Below the pieces are notes generated by a model, which saw only the letters and a program-made list of their open reading frames with translations, was not told where the DNA came from and made no database searches. Positions 42,267-55,085 of a DNA stretch of 64,000 nucleotides are shown here, piece after piece (position 1 is the first letter of the stretch; every line of letters starts with the position of its first letter). The DNA comes from the human T2T-CHM13v2.0 reference genome, Homo sapiens. A program made the position numbers and the translations under genes. The stretch lies in NCBI RefSeq assembly GCF_009914755.1, contig NC_060931.1. One strand, 5' to 3'.

Positions 42267-45067
42267 TGTAAACCAAAAAGTATCCGAGACAGATCTCAAT
42301 CTATTCAGAGATTTATTTTGCTAAGGTTAAAGACATGGCTGGAAAAAAGGAACACAAAGTCATAGAAACAGACTGTGGTCTCTGCGTTTTTTCCAAAGCT
42401 GATTTTGAGGGCTTCAGTATTTAAAGGGCAAAAGATGGCTGGAGGGGAAGGAGGGAGCTGTGGTCACATTACTGAGTCCACATGTTGTGATATAGTTTGG
42501 CTGTGTCCCCACCCAAATATGATATGGAATTGTAGATCCCATAATCTCCTGGTGTCATGGGTGGGACCCAATGGGAGAGATAATTGAATTGTTTGGGTGG
42601 GTTTTCCCATGCTATTCTCATGATAGTGAATAAGTCTCACAAGATCTTATGGTTTTATAAAGGGCAGTTCCCATGCACACACTGTCTTGCTGCCACTATG
42701 TAAGATGTGCCTTTGCTCTTCCTTCACCTTTCACCATGATTGTGAAGCCTCCCCAGCCATGTGGAACTGTGAGTCCATTAAACCTCTTTTTCTTTATAAA
42801 TTAACCAGTTTCGAGTATTTCTTCATAGCAGTATGAAAATGGACTAATACAGTAAATTGGTACCAGTAGACTAGGGTACTCTATTAAGATACCTGAAAAT
42901 GTGGAAGCAACTTTGGAACTGGGTAACAGGCAGAGATGGGAACAGTTTGGAGGCCTCAGAAGAAGACAGGAAGATGTGGGAAAGTTTGAAGCTTCCTAGA
43001 GACTTGTTGAATGGTTTTGACCAAAATGCTGATAGTGATATGGACAATGAAGTCCAGCTTGAGGTGGTCTCAGATGGAGATGAGGAACTTACTGAGTACT
43101 GGAGCAAAGGTGATTCTTGCTATGCTTTAGCAAAGAGACTGGTAGCATTTTGCCCTGCTCTAGAGATCTGTGGAACTTTGAACTTGAGAGAGATGATTTA
43201 GGGTATCTGGCAGAAGAAATTTCTAAGCAGCAAAGTGTTCAATATGTGACTTGGATGCTCTTAAATGCATTCAGTTTTATTCATTCACAAATATATTGTT
43301 TGGAATTGGAACTTATGTTTAAAAGGGAAGCAAAGCATAAAAGTTTGGAAAATTTGCAGCCTGATGCTGTGATAGAAAAGAAAAACCCATTTTCTGAGGA
43401 GAAATTCAAGCTTGCTGCAGAAATCTGCATAAGTAATGGGGAACCAAATGTTAATTGCCAAGACAATGGGGAAAATGTCTCCAGGGCATGTCAGAGGTCT
43501 TCATGGCAGCCCCTCCCATCACAAGCCCAGAGGCCTAGGAGGAAAAAATGGTTTTGTGGGCCAGGCCCAGGGCCTTGCTGCTTTATGCAGTCTTGGGATA
43601 TGTATCTCAGCCATGGCTAAAAGGGCTCAATGTACAGTTCAGGCTGTTGCTTCAGAGGGTGCAAGCCCCAAGCCTTGGTGACTTACATGCGGTGTTGGGC
43701 CTGAGGGTGGACAGAGGAACTGAGGTGTGGTAACCTCTGCCTAGATTTCAGAGCATGTATGGAAAAGCCTGTATGTCCAGGCAGAGGTGTGCTTCAGAGG
43801 TTGAGCCCTTGTGAAGAACCTCTGCTAGGGCAGTGTGAAAGGGAAATGTGGGGTCAGAGCCCCCACACAGAGTCCCCACTGGGGCAGTACTGCCTATTAG
43901 AGGTGTGAGAAGAGGGCCACCATCCTCCAGACCCCAGAATGGTAGATCCACTGACAGCTTGTACCATGCACCTGGAAAAGCCAGAGATACTCAATGCCAA
44001 CTCATGAAAACAGCCATGAGGGTGGCTGTACCCTGCAAAGCCACAGGGGCAGAGCTGCCCAAGATCATGGGAACCCTTTTCTTGCATCAGCATGACCTGA
44101 ATGTGAGACATGGAGTCAAAGGAGATCATTTCAGAACATTTCTCTCCTGCTGGATTCTGGAATTTCATGGGGCCTATGGTCCCTTTGTTTTGGCCAATTT
44201 CTCCCATTTGGAATGGGTGTATTCACCCAATACCTATATCCCCATTGCAGGAAGTAGCTAACTTGCTTTTGATTTTACAGGCTCATAGGCAGAAGGGACT
44301 TGCATTATCTCAGATGAGACTTTGGACTGTGGACTTTTCAGTTAATGATGAAATGAGTTGAGATTTTGGGGGGATTGTTGGGAAGGCGTAATTGGTTTTG
44401 AAATATGAGGCCATGAGATTTGGGAAGGGGCGGGCCAGAATGATACTGTTTGTTTGTGTCTCTACCCAAATCTCATTTTGAATTGCAGCTCCTATAATCC
44501 CCATGTGCCACGGGTGGAACCCAGTGAGAGGAAATCATATCATGGGGAGAGGGGGAGGCTTCCTTTGTTGTTCTCATGATAGTAGGACCTTATGGTTTTA
44601 TAAAGGGCAGTTCCCCAGCACATACTCTCTTGCCTCCCACCATGCAAAATGTGTCTTTGTTCCTCCTTTGCCTTCCACCATGATTGTGAGGCCTCCCCAG
44701 CCATGTGGAACTGTGAGTCCATTAAACCTCGTTTTCTTTATAAATTATCCAGTCTTGGATATTCCTTCATAGCAGTATGAAAATGGACTAATACATGCTG
44801 CAAGAGAAGCAGGTAGAGGAATAGTCAATTATGTATTTTTCTCCCACTCAGTAAATCAACATTTCACATAAGATAAGGTGAGCACTGAATAGCTACCTGT
44901 GGAGATATTTGGCATTCCTCCCCCTTTCAGACCATATTGGGTAAATTCTATTGTTTAGGAACAAAAGGAAAGGCAGTTTCTTGCAAGCCTCAGCTTTTAG
45001 CTTATTTTTTTTTTCCTACTGGCATAGTGAGGTGTGGTCCCAAGATTTTATTTTATTTTTTTTCACA
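42267..45067 (-). mobile_element. MER4 group (MER4D-like) LTR split by THE1C
   Basis: tgtaaaccaaaaagtatccgagacag...cccaagattttattt...ttcaca; TSD aaag. Confidence 0.75.
42488..44795 (+). mobile_element. Full-length THE1C element (LTR 42488-42851, internal region, LTR 44441-44795)
   Basis: Two direct LTRs ending aaaatggactaataca, MaLR internal sequence between them; 5-bp TSD tgttg/tgctg. Confidence 0.9.
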
Positions 45068-45288
45068 AAAGTGATACCACAGTATAGAGCCGAATGCAAT
45101 GAGAAAGCAAGGCACCCAAAGCTTCCCTGGAAGACATTTCCAGATGAAAGGTACAGCTAATGCCAAGGCATTGAGGGGAAACTACTAGGCTACTGTGGTT
45201 AGAGTGTGGTAAGAGCATCAGGGTGGATAGGAACAGAAAGGAAATTGCAGTCTCCAGTCTAAATAAGGGCCAATAATAAGTCTCTTTA

Positions 45289-45695
45289 TGTGGTATTTGC
45301 TCCAGGGAATGCTGTGACCAAAGTATTCATTTATTACTGTAGCTGCCAGGAGTATTGGCTGCTGATGGCTTATGAATGACCCTTAGAAGAATGGATATGG
45401 CTCACCCAAAGTGCTACCCATTTCTGAGGGCCACAGCATCAAATTAATGGTTGATGTAGTTGTACAAAGGCCCTTGAAAAACCATGGGATGACTTCGAAG
45501 GGCTAGTCTAGCTTCAATGCTCCCCATGGAATGAATACAGACCTTCTTTGCAATTGTGTCACAGTACAATTTCTCTGCTTAATCTTGCTTTCCACACTTC
45601 TTTATAGATGTTTTCCCCAGTGCATTCTCCAATAAGCCATTAGCAAATAAAGCTTTGTCACTGAGTTTGCTTCTAGGAAACCTAATCTAACCTAT
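45289..45695 (+). mobile_element. LTR16C-like ERVL LTR
   Basis: gctgccaggagtattggctgctgatggct...ctccaataagcc...gagtttgcttctaggaaacctaatctaa. Confidence 0.6.
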
Positions 45696-45877
45696 ATGCT
45701 ATGGTATGAAGAAATTATTTCTTGATAGTAAAACCCATTGAACACTTTTGACAAGGGGGATAACATGATCTGCTACATATATTAAAATTTCACATGTGAT
45801 GTCGTGTGGAGAAAAGACCAAAGGGAGGCAAGCATGAAAACAGAGAGGCAAATTAGGGAGTCTGCAATGAAGTGGCT

Positions 45878-46030
45878 GTGACTACCTGAGGAGTTCTTCC
45901 TGCCTGCTGGAAAATGAAAGACCACAGCATTATAGTAGAGAAAGAGTTTAACAGATATGAGAGCGGCCATGCCACGTGGGTGATGGAGTTCATTCTCAAA
46001 TTATCTCCTCCAAAGCTCCTATGTTAGGTA
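45878..46030 (-). mobile_element. Truncated ERV1 LTR end (LTR8/MER50/MER66-related)
   Basis: tgtgactacctgaggagttcttcctgcc...agagaaagagtttaa...ggagttcattctcaaat, homologous to the LTR8 end at 26748. Confidence 0.5.
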
Positions 46031-49000
46031 TTTTTCTTTCTTTCTTTCTTTTTCTTTTTCTTTTTTTTTTTTTTTTTGTGAGCAGCAAGGCTGTTTATTT
46101 CACCTGGGTGCAGGTGGGCTGAGTTCAAAAAGAGAGTCAGCAAAGGGTGGTGGATTATCATTAGTTCTTACGGGTTTTGGGATAGGCAGAGGAGTTAGAA
46201 GCAATGTTTTGCCAGCAGGGGGTGGATCTCACAAAGTACATTCTCAAGGGTGGGGAGAATTACAAAGAACCTTCTTAAGGGTGGGGGAGATTACAAAGTA
46301 CATTGATCACTTAGGTTGGGGCAGAAACAAATTACAATGGTAGAATGACATCAGTTAAGGCTGTTTTCACTTCTTTTGTGGATCTTCAGTTGCTTCAGGC
46401 CATCCAGATGTATACGTGTAGGTCACAGGGGATATGATGGCTTAGCTTGGGCTCAGAGGCCTGACATTCCTGTCTTCTTATATTAATAGGAAAAGCAAAA
46501 AAAAAAAAAATAGTGGTGAAGTGTTGGAGCAGCAAAATTTTTGGGGGTGGTATGGAGAGATAATGGGCGATGTTTCTCAGGGCTGCTTTGAGCGGGATTA
46601 GGGGCAGCGTGGGAACCTACAGTGGGAGAGATTCAACTGAAGAAAGATTTTGGGGTAAGGGGTGATATTGTGGGGTTGTTAGAAGGAGCATTTGTCGTAT
46701 AGAATTATTGGTGATGGCCTGGATGCGGTTTTTATGAATTGAGAAACTAAACGAAAGACACAAGGTCCGAATAAGAGAAGGAGAAAAACAGGTATTAAAT
46801 GACTAATAATTGGGAGGACCCAGGACATCCAATTAGAGAGTGCCCAAGGGAGTTCAGCATAATTACTTGCTTGGTTGGTGAGTTTTGGGGCTCTATCCTT
46901 GACAGAGTCCTCCTTTTTAAGTTGGAGGCTGAGCTTGTTGAGGTGGGTTTTTAAAAGACCATTAGTCTGTTCTACCTTTCCTGAAGATTGAGGACGGTAA
47001 GGGGCATGAAGGTTTCACTGAATACCAAGAGCCTGAGAAACTGCTTGGGGGATTTGACTAGTAAAGGACTGTCAGTTATCAGACTGTATAGAGGTGGGAA
47101 GGATACCAAGAGCCTGAGAAACTGCTTGGGGGATTTGACTAGTAAAGGACTGTCAGTTATCAGACTGTATAGAGGTGGGAAGGCCAAACCGAGGAATTAT
47201 GTGTGACAGAAGAGAAATGACTGTGGTGGCCTTCTCAGACCCTGTGGGAAAGGCATCTACCCATCCAGTGAAATTGTCTACCCAGACCAAGAGGTTTTTT
47301 AGTTTCCTGACTCGGGGCATGTGAGTAAAGTCAATTTGCCAGTCCTGGGCAGGGGCAAATCCCTGAGCTTGGTGTGTAGGGAAGGGAGGGGGCCTGAACA
47401 CTCCCTGAGGAGTAGTAGAATAGCGGATGGAACACTGAGAAGTGATTTCCTTGAGGATAGATTTCCACGATGGAAAGGAAATGAGACGTTCTAAGAGGCA
47501 GGCTAGTGGCTTGTACTATAGCATAGCCTGCCTTTTCTGGTGTGTGGCGATTAGGCCTGGTGGCACTGCCATCAATAAACCAAGTGTGATCAGGGTGAGG
47601 AACAAGAATGAAGGAAATATAGGGAAATGGAGTGAATGTCAGGTGGATCAGAGAGATACAGTCATGGGGGTCAGGTGTGGTATCAGGAATAATGTGGGAA
47701 GCCGGATTAAAGTCCGGGTCAGGAACAATGGTAACAGTGGGAGACTCAACAAAGAGTGAGTACAGCTGAAGGAGCCGTGGAGCAGAAAGTATATGTGTCA
47801 GGTGTGTGAGGAAGAAAATATATTTTGGAAGTTATGAGAACTGTAGGGAGTGATTTGAGCATAGTTTGTGATTTTGAGAGCCTCTAAAAGTATTAGGGTG
47901 GTGGCAGCCGCCGGACAGAGACATCATGGCCAGCCTAAAACAGTAAGGTCAAGTTGTTTGGACAAAAAGGCTACACGGTGCGGTCCCGGTCCTTGTGTAA
48001 GAATTCCGACTGCACAGCCCTGCACTTCAGCTGTGTGTAATGAAAAGGGTTGGGATGAGTTAGGGAGAGCTAGTGTGGGACAGCTTCTAGGGCTGTTTTT
48101 AAGGAACAGAAAGAGGAGTGGCGAGAGGATTTAGGATCTATGGGGTAAGCTAGGTTTACTTTTGTGAGTTTCTATAATGGTTTGGTCAGGATGATAAAAC
48201 TAGGCATCCAAAGGTGGAAGTACCTAACCATGCCTAGGAAGGAAAGGAGTTGTTGTTTTGTAGAAGGAGTTGGGGTTTGGGAGATTAGCCGGACACGATC
48301 AGCAGGGAGAGCACGTGTGTTTTCACGAAGAATTATGCCGAGATAGGTAACAGATGAGGAAGAAATTTGGGCTTGACTGAAGTAATGGGGGCTGTCTGCA
48401 AAGCCTTGCGGCAGTACAGCCCAGGTAATTTGCTGAGCCTGATGGGTGTCAGGGTCAGTCCAAGTGAAAGCGGAGAGGCTGGGATGAAGGGTGCAAAGGA
48501 ATAGTAAAGAAAGCATGTTTGAAATCCAGAACAGAATAATGGGTTACAGAGGGGTTGTGGAAGGAGGTATTGAGGATAGGAGAGTATGTGGCTTTGGCAC
48601 CACGGGGTGGATAGGCAAGACAATTTGGTTGATAAAGCGCAGATCCTGAACTAACCTGTAAGACTTGTCCGGTTTTTGGACAGGTAAAATGGGGGAATTG
48701 TAAGAGTTTATAGGCTTTAAAAGGCCATGCTGTAACAGGCAAGTGATAACAGGCTTTAATCCTTTTAAAGCGTGCTGCGGGATGGGATATTGGCATTGAG
48801 CAGGGTAAGGGTGATTAGGTTTCTATGGGATGGTAAGGGCTGCATGATTGGTCACTAAGGAGGGAGTAGAAGTGTCCTATACTTGTGAATTAAGATGGGG
48901 AGATCCAAGGGGAGGATGTGAAGGGGCTTTGAACTGGGGAAAAGGGCAGCAATGAGGTGTGGCTGTAGCCTAGGAATAGTCAGGGAAGCATATAATTTAG

Positions 49001-49368
49001 TTAAAATGTCTCGGCTTAATAAGGGAGCTGGGCAGGTGGGGATAACTAAAAAGGAGTGCTTAAAAGCACATTGTCTAAGTTGGCACCAGAGTTGGGAAGT
49101 TTTAAGGGGTCTAAAAGCCTGGCCATCAATACCCACAACAGTTATGGAGGCAAAGGAAATAGGCCCTTGAAAAAAAGGTAACGTGGAGTGGGTAGTCTCC
49201 GTATTGATTAAGAAGGGGATGGACTTACCCTCCACTGTAAGAGTTACCCGAAGCTCGGCATCCTTGATGGTCCAGGGGGCTTCCAAGGTGATCGGGAAGC
49301 ATCAGTCTTCAGCTGCTAATCCGAGAAGATCTGGAAAGGAGTCAGTCAGAGAGCCTTGGACCAGAGTG
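46031..49368 (-). mobile_element. 5'-truncated, polyadenylated HERV-H (LTR7 U3-R at 46077-46466 plus degenerate pro/pol)
   Basis: LTR7 start tgtcaggcctctgagcccaagc; protease (FLINTETTHS), RT (LPQGFADSPHYF) and integrase (WQIDFTHMP) remnants; A-tail directly after ...gctcaca. Confidence 0.9.
47022..47183. repeat. Perfect 2 x 81-bp tandem duplication
   Basis: 47022-47102 is identical to 47103-47183; visible as a 27-aa repeat in ORFs 46972-47187 and 46988-47206. Confidence 0.95.
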
Positions 49369-49394
49369 GTCAGGACTTGTTCAGCTCAAGTCAA

Positions 49395-49707
49395 TGACTG
49401 CCAGCTTCTCCATTTTTCCCCTGTTACCAACTCAGGACAAACCAAAAAAGCCAAATACATTCTGGGATCCAATCACATGAGATTCTCCACTTCTAGTTGT
49501 CACACCTTCATCTTTTCCATGCCAACATCTTCCAATTAGAGCCTACCTGAAAGCCTTCCTCTTTTTCACTATGATTCAGCTTTCAAATTCCCCTGCCTGC
49601 CTTTAAATCTCTGCTAAATACAAGTGATGATGGCTGACTCTCTTGCTATACCAAGATCCAAATAGTCTCTGTTTCTTCTCATTTAGATGGTCTTTGTTAT
49701 TTTCACA
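49395..49707 (+). mobile_element. MER31-like LTR 3' part
   Basis: cttccaattagagcctacctgaaagccttcc...ctctgctaaatacaagtgatgatggctgactc...ttttcaca. Confidence 0.6.
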
Positions 49708-50240
49708 GCAGTTAAACAGGTCTCTTAAATGCTGGACTTCACAGAGGCTTTAACATGGGAATGTGTCCCATAAACCTCTAATCCTGGGAGGCAAATGTAA
49801 TTTTTCTTATATTCTACCATGCATTCTTCTTTTTCTTGGAGCACATTCCGGAAAATGTGTTCATGCAAATTGTTCCCAGTGCAATTCTTTTTAGTTTCTT
49901 AATTACCCTTCTGGAGCAATAAATAATGGATCCTGGGCAAATATCAAGATATTTGTGGTTTTTTCCCCACATTCATTTGTAAGTCTAATTGTATTGGGCT
50001 GAACTTACATTAGATATAAGTGATATTATAATTTTAAATTAAATCATGACATATACTCTATTTCCTTTTTTAATAAAAGGAGAGATGATTGCCTTGCCAT
50101 CATCACTCATTTATAAGCAGTTATAAAACAAATATCCTTGATTTCTCTCTTTAGCCACTTGTATTTTCTGCATTTGAATGCTGATGCATGGCAAAGACTC
50201 TTTGCCTTTTCCTTTGTCATTTTCAATTCCTCCCTTCTCC

Positions 50241-51474
50241 TGAAGGGGAAATACAGATAAATAAGAGGCTTAATTCTCCGCGTTGAAAATAGGGAAGAAA
50301 CTCCCTCTATCCCTTTTTTTTAAAGAAAATTCACTTTAGAAACTTGTAAACTCTCTGTGACTTTGAAATGTACAAAAATACTTTTAAAAGCTAAATAAGT
50401 CTCTTGCTACCTTCATGACCCAGGAAGATCTCTTTCAAAAACCTGAGAGCCATATCTTGGAAATGTAACCATCAAGGAAGATAGCATCCCTATGTCTCAA
50501 TTTCTGTGGGAGAGCTAGAGCCTAACTTGAATGGGTGTTTGTACCTTATGACTATATTCTGTCATAATGATATGGGAAGTTTGTTATTCCTTTGGATAAA
50601 GCCAATTAAGTAACACAAATGGTCACCCCAATTACTACGTAAATTTAGAATAAACTGTGACAGAAAGGGGTCCGGAGCCAGACCCCAAGAGAGGTGGATC
50701 TTGTGCAAGAAAGAATTCAGGCTGAGGCCATAGAGTAAAGCAAGAGCAAGTTTATTAGGAAAGTGAAGGAATAAGAGAATGGCTACTCCAAAGAGCAACC
50801 GCGAGGGCTGCTGCTTGCCCATTTTTATGGTTATTTCTTGATTACATGCTAAACAAGGGATTGATGATTTATGCCTCCCCCTTTTAGACCATATAGAGTA
50901 AATTTTTGATGTTACCATGGCATTTGTAAACTGTCATGTTGCGGAGTGTAACAGTGAGAACAACAAGAGGTCACTCTTGTCGGCATCTTGGTTTTGGTTG
51001 GTTTTAGCCTGCTTCTTTACAGCCAACTGTTTTATCAGCAAGGTCTTTATGACCTGTAGCTTGTGCTGACCTCCTATCTCATCGGTGACTTCAGAATGCC
51101 TTAACTGTCTGGGAATGCAGCCCAACAGGCCTTATTTTACCTAGCCCCTATTCAAGATGGAGTTGCTGTGGTTCAAATGCCTCTGACAAAACTATGTGCG
51201 ACAAACGGTGCTGTCAAGTTCTCTTACCTGAGAACTAATTGTTTATCTTAGGACCACATATATAATGGGTTGAAACTGCATGGCTCTATAAATGTTGGTG
51301 AGACTCCTTTCTGTCTGCAATCTCTTAGCAGATTGCCTGGGATGCATACCACTTTCTGGTTTAATGCTTATTCAATAATAAATAAAACTGTTTTTTGGTT
51401 TTTTTTTTTCTCCTCTTTGTGGAGTGGTTTTCTGGGTTGGGAGAGGATTTTGTTTTTAATTATTCTTCCCCAAC
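50241..51474 (+). mobile_element. MER67-like ERV1 LTR split by MER41A
   Basis: tgaagggg...aataagaggcttaattctcc...tctggtttaatgcttattcaataa...ccccaaca. Confidence 0.6.
50656..51188 (-). mobile_element. MER41A solo LTR
   Basis: Minus strand starts tgtcagaggcatttgaaccac...actccatcttgaataggggct; TSD aaac; lacks the GAS-containing segment. Confidence 0.85.
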
Positions 51475-52769
51475 ACTACCTTTCCCTGAAAGTAGTATTT
51501 CTAGATGGCTTGGACGGTAACAGAAACTCTGGGTTACCAGGCTGTAGATGGGTATGCCAAGACAGAGCTGAGGAAGTTAATAAGGTAGTCCTTTGGAAAT
51601 AATCAATAGATATTGCCTAAGAGAGCTTAAGTGCAGTTCCAGTTGTATTATTTGCAGGTATATAGAGAAGGTTGTTATGATTGAGAGAGTAATATAGAGA
51701 AAAAAAATCTCGCTGAACTCCTAGTTAAGGAAATGGAAGAAGGAAGGAGAGCCTGACAAAGAGGAAACAAAGGAAGAAAAAAACCTTGAAGGTGCAGGTT
51801 AGTGGAGAAAGGTCTTCAAGACACAACAGTTTCAGATAGTTGTTAGTTTTAGTTACTTCTGTAAAGAGGATGAGAATGAGGAGAACAGAGAAATCTGTCA
51901 CTTGTATGTCAAGTAGAAAGTTTTTGTAGACGAAAATTTTGTTAAAGTAGTGGGTATTTAAGCATTTTGAAAGTACTTCTGTTTTCAAGCTTAACAGGAA
52001 TGAGGTAGAATTCCTTTCAAGAATTTTATAGAGCTTATTGAAGACAGTTATCCTGTACCTTTGTGTTCTCTTGTTTAGACTAAACCATATAATTCACTTC
52101 AGTTCTGCTTTTGCTGAGGTTTCTATTCTTCAGTTTTCCTGACACCTTCCACACATACTTCAGCTAGTCAATACCCATATTAAAAATGCTCTCTGGTCTT
52201 TTCTAATATTCTAGTAATATTAAGACCTGTCCAGATTACATTCTAACTCTTTAGAAAAAAATAACTGACATTAAATATTTATTGATTCAGGCAAAGTTAA
52301 TAGTTACTTGGGGCAACTGTAATATGGTTGGTTAATTTTGAACTTGCCATTTCATAGAACATGGAACCTTTGTTAAACTAAATTCTTCCATTCTAGACCT
52401 GGCAATTAAAAAAATCTAAACATTAGAATTTTATTTTTTCATATTCACTTTTATTTGGCTAGAATCAGCTTATTATTTCTAGCAGAACTTTTTGAATATC
52501 AATGTTATTGAAACTATCAGCTGTGCTCTCAATTCTGTATTATTAACAAATTTAATAAGTATGTCTTTTATCTTTCCTCGGGATGAGACATTGACTTTCA
52601 TTCGCTATTCTCCAGAACAATCCACTATTCAGAAAGAAAGCAGGCATTACAAAATTCAAAATGTTATTCAATACATGATATTATTATAGTATATTATTAG
52701 GTAAATTATTTTTTAAATTAATATGTATATTATTTATATTAAAGTATTTTTTCAACTCATATGTATATT

Positions 52770-52970
52770 ATTTACATATGCCAGGCACTGCTCTAAATAG
52801 AAATACTAGCCCAGTTAACTTTTATCATAGCCCTATGAGGTAACGCCATTATTATTCCCATTTACAGATGACTAAACTGAGGCAGAAAGTGGTTACAAAA
52901 TTTGTCCAAAATTTGTCTTAGATAATAAATAGCAGAGCCAGGATCGGAACCTAGAAATTCTCACTCCAGA
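52770..52970 (-). mobile_element. MIR SINE
   Basis: ccctatgaggta...attcccatttacagatgactaaactgaggcaga...gcagagccaggatcggaacc. Confidence 0.75.
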
Positions 52971-53739
52971 CAAGTGCTATGTAACCAAGCTCGATCTCCA
53001 TTCCATGTCAATGTATAACTCTGCAGCAACACCACACTTTTATTACAAATTCAATATTACTGTTAGTAATGATAGACAAGTCAATGTTATTGTTAGTATT
53101 GATAAAACCTTTGGAAGTATGATTAAATGCTTTTTATGTTCATGTTCAAAAATTTAGTTTGTCAAATATTGTCATTAGTCCTAGAAAACCCATTTTTAAA
53201 ATAGTAGTAGTTAAATAGCAGAGCATAAGCAAGACATTGTGAAATGAAAAATGATTTAATTTCCATAACTGGATTTGAGCCTTTTTATTTTGGAATAAAA
53301 CTGTAAGCACTTAAATATTTTGAGCTTAATCATTTATTAAGATAGAGGGAATTCACACCTCTCTTGGTATTAAATTGTTCAGGCTGTCTGGCTTCACAGC
53401 AGTTTACAAGAAGCTAGTGAATTGATTTATAGCGTGAAGGCTATCTTTGCAACCACAGAAGCTAGCTGTTCTATTATTTGGTAACTGGAATCTTAGATTG
53501 TAAAAACACAGTAAAATCTTTAGTGAGAAGAACATGCCCTCACAATCTGTTGTTCACATACAGAGCTCATGTAAAATTTAAAGTAAATCATCTGAAAAAT
53601 AAAGATATTTTAAGATGAAAATGGAGTCACATTTACTCTCATTTTCTGTGTTCAGCCATTATCTCAGACTGATTTTCAAAGTGTTTTTGTTAACACACAT
53701 ATATTAGAAAAACTGCTAGGTAAACTAACACAAATGAGG

Positions 53740-54331
<592 letters not shown>

Positions 54332-54834
54332 TTATATCTTGCATTTGTACTTGACATTGTTCTTGCAGTCCTGATAATTTATTTTTAAATATTTAAGTAT
54401 TATTTTAGGACTAATTTCTAATTCTTGATGCCCAGAAATGAAGTCATCATTTTCAAAATCTCTACTGGACTGGGCTAGAAATTTGACTTTTCACTGTGAC
54501 TTTTCATCTCTTGAATATAAAAAAACAGAGACATTCATATCTTTCCCCTTTATCTTACAGAAAAGGTTTGATATAAATACACGAGATTTGGGTTTTACCT
54601 GTCATTTTGGGGAGAATGCCATTTTTTATTTATCAGTGACTAATTGAGAAATGATTGGATCTTATATATCTTTAGTAAGAAGCCCTTACATTTATTTTCG
54701 GGCGCCATCGTTATTTGACATCAAACAATTGAAAGGCAATTCTTAAATAATCGATGATACAAAAGTGAATGGCTACTGAAACAGATATGCTAAAAATAAA
54801 AATCTCATACTTTCACCTAGATATAAAATTGAAT

Positions 54835-55085
54835 GGAAGGCCGAGGCAGACAGATCACAAGGTTAGGAGAGGGAGACCATCCTGGCTAACGCGGTGAAAC
54901 CCAGTCTCTACTAAAAATACAAAAAATTAGCCGGGCGTGGTGGCGGGCACCTGTAGTCCCAGCTACTCAGGAGGCTGAGGCGGGAGAATGGTGCGAACCC
55001 AGGAGGCAGAGCTTGCAGTGAGCCAAGATTGCGCCACTGCACTCCAGCCTGGGCAACAGAGTGAGATTCCGTCTCAAAAAAAAAA
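54835..55085 (+). mobile_element. 5'-truncated AluY
   Basis: accatcctggctaac...gagaatgg...gagcttgcagtgagc. Confidence 0.88.

Noticed and set aside
42871-44361. ORFs of 100-167 aa, with similar ones at 27759-28744
   Set aside because: Fragments of the MaLR (THE1) internal ORF; the similarity between the two regions is family homology, not segmental duplication
47153-49286. Protease, RT and integrase ORFs as a functional retroviral pol
   Set aside because: Protease DTG is altered (NTE), no YxDD follows LPQG, and there are multiple frameshifts; the typical deleted HERV-H form
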